Shown here one piece after another: positions 18,088 through 26,921 of a stretch of 38,664 nucleotides of DNA (the first letter of the stretch is position 1; each line of letters opens with the position of its first letter). The DNA is from Actinomycetes bacterium. Lineage in GTDB: Bacteria > Actinomycetota > Acidimicrobiia > Acidimicrobiales > Bog-793. The notes below the pieces were generated by a model. The model worked only from the letters and a program-made list of their open reading frames with translations. It was not told the origin of the DNA and searched no databases. The DNA lies in assembly GCA_021846125.1 (NCBI GenBank), contig JAJZCK010000003.1, positions 1 through 38,664 on the forward strand, read 5' to 3'. The position numbers and the translations under genes were made by a program.

Positions 18088-18747
18088 GTGGCGACGAAGG
18101 ACGTGAAGGCTGGGGGGCACGAGACGGAGCCTGGGCCCGACGGCAGCGAGGCCGACCCGGGCGCCACCTATCGCCAGCCGAAGAGCCTGCGGGAGATCGC
18201 GAGCGACCTCTGGCGCCCGAGGTTCGGCACGCGGCCGGAGCCTGGCGCCGGCCAGCGGGCGCCGACCACGAAGGACGTCGTCAACGGCCTCGCCCGCAAC
18301 GAGCTCGCCATCGGCACGGCTCTGCTCCTCGCCGAGCTGGCGATCACGATCGCGGACTACGTCGTCTGGCACCACTCGCACGACCTGAAGCTTCGCCAGC
18401 TCGCGCCGGACGCCCTCGTCGCCGGACTCGTCGGCACGGCGATCATGGCCCTCGGCGTGGCGCTCCACCGCCGCGCCCTGCTCGGTTTCGCAGCCTTCAT
18501 CGTCGGCATGGAGTCGATCTCCTTCGGCAACGTCTTCGGTCTCATCTACCTGTTCTTCGGGGGATGGCTCATCATGCGGGTCATGCGCAAGCAGCGCCAG
18601 GACAAGGCCCTCGGCCTCGCGGCGTCGTCCGCCGACCCCCGCAGGACCACGCGGTCGGCCCGCTCGGCGCGACCGGTGCCGTCGGGACCGAAGCCGTCGA
18701 AGCGCTACACCCCGCCGCGGCGCTCGGCCGCGGCGAGGAAGCGGTGA
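18088..18747 (+). CDS. Hypothetical membrane protein (3-4 TM, basic C-terminal tail ...PSKRYTPPRR)
   Basis: Hydrophobic segments and GC3-rich codons; TACCCT -10 candidate 8 nt before the GTG suggests a leaderless start. Confidence 0.75.
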   Translation: MATKDVKAGGHETEPGPDGSEADPGATYRQPKSLREIASDLWRPRFGTRPEPGAGQRAPTTKDVVNGLARNELAIGTALLLAELAITIADYVVWHHSHDLKLRQLAPDALVAGLVGTAIMALGVALHRRALLGFAAFIVGMESISFGNVFGLIYLFFGGWLIMRVMRKQRQDKALGLAASSADPRRTTRSARSARPVPSGPKPSKRYTPPRRSAAARKR

Positions 18748-18828
18748 CGGTGCGGACCGCCCCGCCACGGCGTCCCGCGCGCCTCGCCAGGCAGGAGCGT
18801 TGAGCCGGTCGGGCGACGGGGCGCCGAG

Positions 18829-21252
18829 ATGATCGCCGACGCGCTCGCCGGCAAGAGGATTGCCGTCACCGGGGCGACCGGCTTCCTCGGCACCGCTCTC
18901 GTCGAGCGCCTCCTGCGCAGCGTTCCAGGGTGCGAGGTCGTCCTGCTCGTGCGACCGGGTCGTCGGCTCGACGCAGCGGAGCGCACGGCACGCGAGATCT
19001 TGCGCAACGACTGCTTCGACCGGCTCCGGGCCGAGCTCGGCGACGGCTTCGCCGGCGAGGTCGCTCGCCGCGTCACCACGATCGCCGGCGACGTCGGGAC
19101 CGACGGCCTCGGCCTCGACGACCAAGCACGGGCCCTGCTCGCGAGCTGCGACGTGGTCGTCCACTCCGCGGCGACGGTCAGCTTCGACGCCCCGCTCGAC
19201 GGCGCCGTCGAGGTCAACCTGCTCGGTCCGAGCCGTGTGGCGGCCGCGATGCTCGACGCAGCGCGTGCCTACCGGCCCGCCGCTCGGCCACTCCCCCATC
19301 TCGTCGCCGTGTCGACCGCCTATGTGAACAGCGGTCACCACGGGGACGCCAGCGAGGAGCTCGTCACGCAGAGCCGCTACCTCGCTCTGCCGGACTGGCG
19401 CGGCGAGGTCGCTGCCGCGAGGCGCTCCCGCTCCGACGCCGACGCGGAGAGCCGGACGCCGGCAAGGCTCGCCGAGCTCCGCAAGGCCGCCCGGCGCGAG
19501 CTCGGCGCAGCGGGGACCGCTCTGCTTGCCGAGCGGACCGAGAAGCTACGCGGGGAGTGGGTGGACGACACGCTCGTCGAGCTCGGCCGGTCTCGCGCGC
19601 AAGCGCTCGGCTGGCCCGACGCCTACGCCTACACGAAGTCCCTCGGCGAGATGGCGCTCGGCGACAGCTGCGAGGACCTCCCCGTGTCGATCGTGCGCCC
19701 ATCGATCGTCGAGTCCGCCCTCGCGGAGCCGCGCCCGGGCTGGATCCGAGGCTTTCGCATGGCCGAGCCGGTCATCATCTCCTACGCCCGTGGCCTGCTC
19801 CGGCAGTTCCCCGGCGTCCCGGAGGGAGTCGTCGACGTCATACCGGTCGACCTCGTCGTCGCGGCCATCATCGCCGTCGCCGCGCACGGCCCGGAGGTCG
19901 CCGGCGGCGGTGACGGCTGCGATCCGGCCGTGTACCAGGTCGCGTCCGGCGTGCGGAACCCGTTCCGCTACGGCACCCTCGTCGACCTCTGCGAGCAGTG
20001 GTTCACCGAGCGACCCCTCTACGACGCCAAGGGCCAACCGATCGTCGTTCCCACCTGGTCCTTCCCCGGCCGTGGCAAGGTCCAGGGCGACCTGAGGCGC
20101 GCCGCGAAGGGCCTCCAGGCGATCGAGCGCATCGCGAGCATGCTGCCGGTACGCGGCGCGCTCGCCGAGAGGGTCAGCGCCGTCGAGGAGAAGCGGGACC
20201 TCGCGGAGCGTGCCCTCGGCTACGTCGAGCTCTACGGCGCCTACACCGAGACCGAGGCACGCTTTCGCGTCGACCGGACCCTCGCGCTTTACGACTCGCT
20301 CGACGACACCGACCGCACCGACTTCTGCTTCGACCCCGCTGTCGTCGACTGGGAGCACTACGTCACCGAGGTGCACCTGCCGTCGGTCGTCGCGCACGCT
20401 CGGGTCCGGACCTCGCCGGGCCGGCGTGTCACGGCGAGCAGGGAGGACCGGGCGCGGGCGGCGATCCTGTCGTCCGAGCCACGCTGCGCGGTGTTCGATC
20501 TCGAGCAGACCCTCGTGAGCTCGAACGTCGTCGAGTCGTACGCGTGGCTCGCGACACGTCACCTCGCCCCGCTCGCACGAGCACGGCTGGCGGTCCAGCT
20601 CGTCGCCGAGGGTCCTCGTCTCCTCGCGCTCGACCGCCGAGACCGCGGCGACTTCCTCCGCTCCTTCTACCGCCGCTACGAGGACGCCCCGGCCGAGCGG
20701 GTCCGTGACGACGCCTGGGAGCTGTTCGGCGACCTGATCCTCACCCGGTCGTTCCCCGACGGGTTGCAGCGGGTCCGCGACCACCGTGCGCTCGGCCACA
20801 AGACCCTGCTCATCACCGGTGCGCTCGACTTCGTCGTCGCGCCGCTCGCACCGCTGTTCGACGAGATCGTCTGCGCGCGCCTCGGCGAGCTCGACGGCAG
20901 GTTCACCGGTGAGATGGTCGCGACACCGCCGACCGGCGAGGCCCGCGCGCTTCTCATGGAGCGCTGGGCGGCATCGTTCGGGCTCGGCAAGGAGTCGACC
21001 GTCGCCTACGCGGACTCGACGAGCGACCTGCCGATGCTCGAGGCAGCCGGCCACCCGGTAGCGGTGAACCCCGAGCCGAAGCTCTCCGCTGTGGCACGCA
21101 AGCGCGGCTGGCCGGTCGAGCTCTGGCAGCAGACGCGTGGTGGACCGCGCCGGCCACTCGCCGTGTCGACCCGGCGGGTCGGCACGCGCACCCCGGCGCC
21201 GCGGGCGGCTGCCGCGGGCAACCCGGCACCGGAACGAGGACGGCTGTCGTGA
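18829..21252 (+). CDS. Fusion: fatty acyl-CoA reductase (male-sterility/NAD_binding_4) plus HAD-IB (SerB-like) hydrolase
   Basis: FAR half: TGATGFLG, HSAA, VSTAYV, YAYTK, RPSIV, DVIPVDLV. HAD half: FDLEQTL, LITGA, YADSTSDLPML, AVNP. Confidence 0.88.
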   Translation: MIADALAGKRIAVTGATGFLGTALVERLLRSVPGCEVVLLVRPGRRLDAAERTAREILRNDCFDRLRAELGDGFAGEVARRVTTIAGDVGTDGLGLDDQARALLASCDVVVHSAATVSFDAPLDGAVEVNLLGPSRVAAAMLDAARAYRPAARPLPHLVAVSTAYVNSGHHGDASEELVTQSRYLALPDWRGEVAAARRSRSDADAESRTPARLAELRKAARRELGAAGTALLAERTEKLRGEWVDDTLVELGRSRAQALGWPDAYAYTKSLGEMALGDSCEDLPVSIVRPSIVESALAEPRPGWIRGFRMAEPVIISYARGLLRQFPGVPEGVVDVIPVDLVVAAIIAVAAHGPEVAGGGDGCDPAVYQVASGVRNPFRYGTLVDLCEQWFTERPLYDAKGQPIVVPTWSFPGRGKVQGDLRRAAKGLQAIERIASMLPVRGALAERVSAVEEKRDLAERALGYVELYGAYTETEARFRVDRTLALYDSLDDTDRTDFCFDPAVVDWEHYVTEVHLPSVVAHARVRTSPGRRVTASREDRARAAILSSEPRCAVFDLEQTLVSSNVVESYAWLATRHLAPLARARLAVQLVAEGPRLLALDRRDRGDFLRSFYRRYEDAPAERVRDDAWELFGDLILTRSFPDGLQRVRDHRALGHKTLLITGALDFVVAPLAPLFDEIVCARLGELDGRFTGEMVATPPTGEARALLMERWAASFGLGKESTVAYADSTSDLPMLEAAGHPVAVNPEPKLSAVARKRGWPVELWQQTRGGPRRPLAVSTRRVGTRTPAPRAAAAGNPAPERGRLS

Positions 21253-22502
21253 GGGAGATCCTCGTCGAGCGGAGCCTTGCCCGCTTCGCCGCCGCGCGCG
21301 CCGCGTCGGTGGTCGCCGGCGCTGGCAGCGGCATCACCGTCGGGCCACTCCGCCTCGCCGACCGCGAGCCTCGGGCGCTGCCGGGCCCGGACTGGCATCG
21401 CGTCTCGCCCGTGCTCGCGGGGATCTGCGGCTCCGACCTCGCGACAGTCGACGGGGCGAGCTCGCGTTACTTCGAGTCGATCGTCAGCTTCCCCTTCGTC
21501 CTCGGGCACGAGATCGTCGGCACGGTCGGTGGCGGACGTCTCGCGGGCTCCCGGGTGGTCGTCGAGCCGGTGCTCGGCTGCGTCGCCCGCGCGATCGAGC
21601 CGCCGTGCCCGGCATGCGCGGCCGGCCGCAAGGGCGCTTGCGAGCGCATCGCCTTCGGCCACCTGAAGCCGGGCTTGCAGACGGGCTTCTGCGCGGACAC
21701 GGGCGGCGGCTGGTCGGACGGCCTCGTCGCGCACACGTCACAGCTGCACGCGGTGCCGGCGGAGCTGTCCGACGAGGCTGCGGTCATGGTCGAGCCGGCG
21801 GCGTGCGCGATCCACGCGGCACTTCTCGGCGCCGTCGTCCCGGGCGAGCGGGTCGTCGTGCTCGGCAGCGGCACGCTCGGTCTCGCCACCCTCGCCGCTC
21901 TGCGCCACTACGGCCAGCCTGCAGTCGTCGTCGCGGTCGCGAAGCACCCCGTCCAACGTGATCTCGCGGAGCAGCTCGGCGCCGACCAGGTCGTACGCCC
22001 CGAGGAGCTCGAGCGCGCCGTGCGGCGGCTCACGGGCTCCCTCGGCCTCGCGGGAGGAGGATCGCCGTCACGCCTCACCGGCGGCGCGGACGTCGTCTTC
22101 GACTGCGTCGGCTCGTCCTCGTCGATCGCCTCCTCGCTGGCGGTCGTCCGCCCCGGTGGGCGCGTCGTGCTCGTCGGGATGCCGGGCACGGTGCGGCTCG
22201 ACCTCGCGCCGCTCTGGCAGCGCGAGATCGCGCTCGTCGGTGCCTACGCCTACGGCACGGAGCAGACCCCAGACGGACCGAGGTCGACGTTCGACCTGGC
22301 GTTCGAGCTCGTCGCGGCTGCGCGCCTCGAGCGGCTCGTCTCGGCCCGCTACCCTCTCGAGCGCTACGAGGAAGCTGTGCGCCATGCTGCGAACGCAGGA
22401 CGGCGCGGCGCCGTGAAGGTCGTGTTCGCCATCGGCCGATCCTCCTCACCGGCCTGGCGGTCCGGGCCCCCGAACACCGAGAGCGTGGAGACGAACGCGT
22501 GA
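21249..22502 (+). CDS. Zn-dependent alcohol dehydrogenase (MDR family)
   Basis: GICGSD, GHE, C..PPCPAC..C, EPAA, GSGTLG; GTGA overlaps on both sides. Confidence 0.9.
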   Translation: MREILVERSLARFAAARAASVVAGAGSGITVGPLRLADREPRALPGPDWHRVSPVLAGICGSDLATVDGASSRYFESIVSFPFVLGHEIVGTVGGGRLAGSRVVVEPVLGCVARAIEPPCPACAAGRKGACERIAFGHLKPGLQTGFCADTGGGWSDGLVAHTSQLHAVPAELSDEAAVMVEPAACAIHAALLGAVVPGERVVVLGSGTLGLATLAALRHYGQPAVVVAVAKHPVQRDLAEQLGADQVVRPEELERAVRRLTGSLGLAGGGSPSRLTGGADVVFDCVGSSSSIASSLAVVRPGGRVVLVGMPGTVRLDLAPLWQREIALVGAYAYGTEQTPDGPRSTFDLAFELVAAARLERLVSARYPLERYEEAVRHAANAGRRGAVKVVFAIGRSSSPAWRSGPPNTESVETNA

Positions 22503-24088
22503 GTCCGAGACCTGGTTTCGTCCTCGAGGTGGACCGTTCGACACCACCGACGTTGTTCTGGCACGGCGAAGGGTGGCGGCTCGAGCGCCTTCCCGCCGGC
22601 AGTCGTGTCGTCTACCCGCCGGAGCCCCTCCCCGCTCTCGAGGACCCTGACGCTGCGATCCGCCACGCGCTGGAGCATCCCGCGGGCGACTCCTCGCCGC
22701 TCTCCGCGCTACTCCGTCCCGGCGCCAAGGTGACGATCGCGTTCGACGACGTCTCGCTGCCGCTTCCCCCCATGCGCGCTCCCGACGTGCGCCAGCGCGT
22801 CGTCGAGGCCGTGCTCGACGCGGCCGCAGGAGCGGGCGTCGACGACGTCGTGCTGATCGCCGCGCTCGCGCTCCACCGGCGGATGACAGACGCGGAGCTG
22901 CGCCACGCGCTCGGGTCCCGGGTGTTCGACGCGTTCGCCCCGCACGGCCTGCTCCTCCAGCACGACGCGGAGGACCCGGCCGGTGTCGTCCACCTCGGCC
23001 TCACGGACCACGGCGAGGACGTCGAGATCAACCGCCGCGCGGCCGAGAGCGACCTTCTCGTCTACGTCAACATCAATCTCGTCGCGATGGACGGCGGCCA
23101 CAAGTCGGTGGCGACGGGCCTGGCGAGCTACAAGAGCATCCGCCACCACCACAACGTCCGCACGATGCAGCAGAGCCGCTCGTTCATGGACCGCCACCAC
23201 AGCGAGCTCCACACGTCGAACTGGCGCATGGGCCGGCTCATCGCGAAGGCAGGTGTCAAGGTCTTCCAGATCGAGACCACCTTGAACCTCGACACCTTCC
23301 CGTCGCAGTTCTCCTTCCTGCAAAAGCGCGAGTGGGAGTGGTCTCTCCGGGACCGTGCTGCGTTCCACGCGACGAGCGCGGCGCTCGAGCGCACCCCGGC
23401 AGGGCTCAAGCGCCAGATCTTCCAGTCGATCCGCTCGCCACACGCGCTCACCTCGGTCCACGCTGGCGAGGTGGAAGCGGTCCACGAGCTCACGCTCGCA
23501 GACGTCCACCGCCAGCAGCTCGTACGCGTCGACGGCCAGGCCGACGTCCTCACGATGGGCCTTCCATACATCTGCCCGTACAACGTCAACTCGATCATGA
23601 ACCCGATCCTCGTCGCGTGCCTCGGGCTCGGGTACTTCTTCAACCTCTACCGGGGCAGGCCGCTCGTGCGCGAGGGGGGGGTGTGCATCATGTCGCACCC
23701 GACGCCGTGGGCGTTCAACCCAGTCCATCACCCGAGCTACATCGACTTCTTCGAGCAGGTGCTCGCCGAGACCGTCGACCCGCTCGAGATCGAGGCCAAG
23801 TACGAGGAGTCGTTCGCCACCGATCCGTGGTACGTCCACCTCTACCGCACCTCGAACGCCTACCACGGGGTGCACCCGTTCTACATGTGGTACTGGTGCG
23901 CGCACGCCCTCCAGCACCTCGGGCAGGTGATCGTCGTCGGCGGCGACAGGGCGGCCGTCCGCAGGCTCGGCTTCAAGCCCGCCTCGAGCCTCGCCGACGC
24001 GCTCGAGATGGCCGAGGACGTCGTCGGGCGCGACCCGAGCATCACCCACCTGCACAACCCACCGCTGTTCCTCGCCGACGTCACGTGA
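22499..24088 (+). CDS. Lactate racemase (LarA/DUF2088) domain protein
   Basis: IAFDDVSLP, ALALHRRMT, HDAED, INRRAAESDL, GGHKS follow the order of the LarA N-terminal motifs. Confidence 0.8.
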   Translation: MSPRPGFVLEVDRSTPPTLFWHGEGWRLERLPAGSRVVYPPEPLPALEDPDAAIRHALEHPAGDSSPLSALLRPGAKVTIAFDDVSLPLPPMRAPDVRQRVVEAVLDAAAGAGVDDVVLIAALALHRRMTDAELRHALGSRVFDAFAPHGLLLQHDAEDPAGVVHLGLTDHGEDVEINRRAAESDLLVYVNINLVAMDGGHKSVATGLASYKSIRHHHNVRTMQQSRSFMDRHHSELHTSNWRMGRLIAKAGVKVFQIETTLNLDTFPSQFSFLQKREWEWSLRDRAAFHATSAALERTPAGLKRQIFQSIRSPHALTSVHAGEVEAVHELTLADVHRQQLVRVDGQADVLTMGLPYICPYNVNSIMNPILVACLGLGYFFNLYRGRPLVREGGVCIMSHPTPWAFNPVHHPSYIDFFEQVLAETVDPLEIEAKYEESFATDPWYVHLYRTSNAYHGVHPFYMWYWCAHALQHLGQVIVVGGDRAAVRRLGFKPASSLADALEMAEDVVGRDPSITHLHNPPLFLADVT

Positions 24089-25074
24089 GCCCTGCACCCG
24101 AGCGTCCCGTCACCCGGGGACACTCCTCGCCCGTCGTCCGGCTGCCGCGCAAGATGCTCGGTGCGCTCGCTCCCCCGACCTGGCCGGGGACGGTCGAGCG
24201 GCCCCTGCCGCGCAGCCACGTCGGCACCGACTACGACACGAGCTGGTCCCGTACCCCCGTCGCGCGGCTCGCGCGGGCGATGATCACCGACAACATCACC
24301 CGGCCGTTCGTCCGCCTTGCCGCGGCGCCGACAGTCGTCGGTGCCGAGCACCTCGACCCGCTCCGCGGTCCCGTCATCTTCGCTGCGAACCACTCGAGCC
24401 ATCTCGACACCGCGATCGTGCTCAGCGCGCTCCCCGTGCGCTACCGCCACCACTGCGTGGTCGCGGCCGCGGCCGACTACTTCTTCGACCGGCGCTGGAA
24501 GGGCGACCTATGGTCGCTCGCCCTCGGCACGATCCCGATGGAGCGCTCCCGGGTGAACCGACGCAGCGTGGACCTCGCCGCCGAGCTCGTCGCAGACGGC
24601 TGGAGCGTGGTCATCTTTCCCGAAGGCGGGCGGACAACCGACGGCTGGGGCCAGGAGTTCCGCGGCTGGACCGCGTACCTCGCGAAGCGCTGCGGCGTGC
24701 CCGTCGTCCCGGTCCATCTCCACGGCGTGCGGCCGATCTTCCCGAAGGGCGGGAACCGCCTCCGGCCGGGCGAGGTCGAGGTCCGCTTCGGCGCTCCGCT
24801 CCGGCCGCTCACAGCCACCGCGACAGCCTCGGAAGGTGGGCACGGTCGCGAGGAGGACGCACGCCGTTTCGGCGCGCGCGTGGAGCAGAGCGTCGCCGCT
24901 CTCGCGGACGAGGCGGAGACGGACTGGTGGTCCGCTCGCCGGCGCGCGGCGCGAGGTGAGACACCCGACCTGCGGGGCCCTGACGCCGCAGCGTGGCGCC
25001 GGGCGTGGTTGCTCCCCGAGAGCCGGCGCTCGAACGCCGGTGTGCGCCGGCGCACCCCCTCCGCACCCTGGTGA
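24085..25074 (+). CDS. Lysophospholipid acyltransferase (PlsC family)
   Basis: NHSSHLD (HX4D), AAADYFF, FPEGGRT, VPVVPV. The GTG at 24085 overlaps the LarA-like stop. Confidence 0.9.
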   Translation: MSPAPERPVTRGHSSPVVRLPRKMLGALAPPTWPGTVERPLPRSHVGTDYDTSWSRTPVARLARAMITDNITRPFVRLAAAPTVVGAEHLDPLRGPVIFAANHSSHLDTAIVLSALPVRYRHHCVVAAAADYFFDRRWKGDLWSLALGTIPMERSRVNRRSVDLAAELVADGWSVVIFPEGGRTTDGWGQEFRGWTAYLAKRCGVPVVPVHLHGVRPIFPKGGNRLRPGEVEVRFGAPLRPLTATATASEGGHGREEDARRFGARVEQSVAALADEAETDWWSARRRAARGETPDLRGPDAAAWRRAWLLPESRRSNAGVRRRTPSAPW

Positions 25075-25162
25075 GGCTGCGCTGCAGCGCCCTGGTGACG
25101 CTGCGCCGGCCACGCGCGCGGACGACGACGAAGGCGACCAGCGCTGCACGTGCCCGGACGCG

Positions 25163-25247
25163 AAGAACGGGCCGGAGGGGGGATCCGGCCCGCTCTTACT
25201 AGACTCACCAGGAATCGGAGGGGGGGTCCGATGTGTTCCTGAGGTCT
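25163..25247 (-). ncRNA. 6C-like small RNA (two hairpins with C7 and C6 loops)
   Basis: Minus strand: ATCGGA-CCCCCCC-TCCGAT (stem extended by AGAC..CAGGA/TCCTG..GTCT), then AAGAGCGGGCCGGA-TCCCCCC-TCCGGCCCGTTCTT. A CATACT -10 candidate sits at 25254-25259. Confidence 0.75.
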
Positions 25248-25304
25248 GGGACCAGTATGCGCCCGGGCGAGCCATCGGTCAAACAGCTTCGGTAGATATC
25301 TGGT

Positions 25305-25319
25305 ATCGTTTGCAGCGAT
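25305..25319. promoter_or_regulatory. Putative LysR box ATC-N9-GAT (T-N11-A)
   Basis: ATCGTTTGCAGCGAT overlaps the LysR start and its TATCGT -10 candidate, about 60-70 bp upstream of the divergent sRNA start. Confidence 0.5.
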
Positions 25320-26301
25320 GGATCTCCGGCAGCTCAACGCTCTCGTCGCGATAGCGGAGCACGGATCGTTCTCTGCCGCCGCCGACGCGCTCGCGACGGT
25401 CCAGTCGAACGTCTCGACCCATGTGAAGAAGCTCGAGCGGGAGCTCGGCACGGTCCTCGTCGACCGGGCGACCGGCGAGCTCACCGAGGCGGGGGAGCTC
25501 GTCGTCAACCGTGCACGCCGGGTCATCGGCGAGCTCGACGCGATGACCTCGGACGTCACCGCGCTCAGTCACGAGGTGGTGGGGACGGTCCGCCTCGGCG
25601 CTATCGGAACGGCGGCGCGCTGGATCGTGCCGCTGCTGCTCGACGAGGTCCCCGGTCGCCACCCGATGCTCCATCTCGTCTTCGTCGAGGCCACCGGGCT
25701 CGGCCTCGACGCCCAGCTCGCGCTCGGCCAGGTCGACGTCGCGGTCATCGCGCTCCCTGCGTCTGGGAGCGAGGTGCGGACGATCCCGCTGTTCCGCGAA
25801 GATCTCGGCCTCGTCGTGCCCCGCGGCCACCCGCTCGACACCGGCGAGCCGGTCGACCCGGCCATCCTTCCAGAGCTGCCCCTCATGCTGCCGCTGCCGG
25901 GAAGCTCGTTCCGCGACGAGCTCGACGCAGTCGCTCGTGCGGCTGGTGTGGCGCTGCGGCCCCGCGCCGAGATGGACAGCCTGCGTCTCATCGCGACGCT
26001 CACCTTCGAGGGCTGCGGCTTCTCGATCCTGCCGGCCGGGGCGTTACCCTCCTTCCTCGAGGACTCGTGGGTGCTGCTTCCCGTCCGCGGGCTCCAGCCC
26101 CGGCTCGTCGGCGTTGCGCAGCGCCGGCGCGGCCTGCCTGGCGCGCCGGTGCGTGCCGTGCTCGACATCCTTGCCGAGGTCGTCATGGACGAGGACCGCA
26201 CGCCGCACGGCGTCTACCCCGTGGCGGGCTCCCGCCACATGAGCCAGAGCGGCGGACCACCACCGGGAGCGGCGACCTCTCCTGTCACGACGAAGCCGTG
26301 A
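25318..26301 (+). CDS. LysR-family transcriptional regulator
   Basis: MDLRQL..IAEHGSFSAAADAL..VQSNVSTHVKKLERELG..L.DR..LTEAG. Confidence 0.95.
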   Translation: MDLRQLNALVAIAEHGSFSAAADALATVQSNVSTHVKKLERELGTVLVDRATGELTEAGELVVNRARRVIGELDAMTSDVTALSHEVVGTVRLGAIGTAARWIVPLLLDEVPGRHPMLHLVFVEATGLGLDAQLALGQVDVAVIALPASGSEVRTIPLFREDLGLVVPRGHPLDTGEPVDPAILPELPLMLPLPGSSFRDELDAVARAAGVALRPRAEMDSLRLIATLTFEGCGFSILPAGALPSFLEDSWVLLPVRGLQPRLVGVAQRRRGLPGAPVRAVLDILAEVVMDEDRTPHGVYPVAGSRHMSQSGGPPPGAATSPVTTKP

Positions 26302-26810
26302 CGGCCGTAGAACTCGACGTTCTCCCGCTTCGAGCACTCGAGGTAGGCCGGTAGGCGGTCGGCGTCGCACCGCTGGAGAACGGGCGCGAGCAGCGCGGAG
26401 CCGACACCGCGACGCTGGCGGGCCGGATCCGTACCGATCGTGCCGAGATAGTAGTGCCGGCTGCTCGGGTGCCGTGCGGCGAGCAGCATCGAGAGCCGGC
26501 GCGTCGCGAGGAACCGCTCGGAGAGAAGTGGGACGAGCCGGAGGTGGGCGAGCACGTCCCGGGTCCGTGGCGCGAGCGGCGTCGGGGGCATCCACAGCGC
26601 CGCAGCGACACCGTCGGAGACGGTGTAGACCTCGCCGCGCGGCAGGTAGTTGTGCAGGAGCTGGACACCGAAGAACCGGCTGAGCCGCTCCTCACGGTGC
26701 GACGCGTCGGGGAAGATGTACGCCGCGACGGGATCGTCTGCAAAGGCACGGCCGAGCGCCGCAGCGACTGCCGGCACGTCGCCCTTCCGCGCCAGGCGCA
26801 CCTCCCCCAC
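26214..26810 (-). CDS. GNAT N-acetyltransferase (puromycin N-acetyltransferase-like)
   Basis: AFADDP, AALW, HYYLGTIGTDPARQRRGVGSALL, AYLE, NVEFYGRHGF; TAGCAT -10 candidate 7 nt before the GTG. Confidence 0.88.
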   Translation of the reverse strand: MGEVRLARKGDVPAVAAALGRAFADDPVAAYIFPDASHREERLSRFFGVQLLHNYLPRGEVYTVSDGVAAALWMPPTPLAPRTRDVLAHLRLVPLLSERFLATRRLSMLLAARHPSSRHYYLGTIGTDPARQRRGVGSALLAPVLQRCDADRLPAYLECSKRENVEFYGRHGFVVTGEVAAPGGGPPLWLMWREPATG

Positions 26811-26921
26811 GCTCGCGATGCTACTTCCCCGCTGGTGCCTCCCCGCTGATCCCGCGCTCGTGCGGACAACGGCCACGGCTGCTCGTGGAATCTCGAGCCC
26901 TCGCGAGACGTTGGCCTATGC

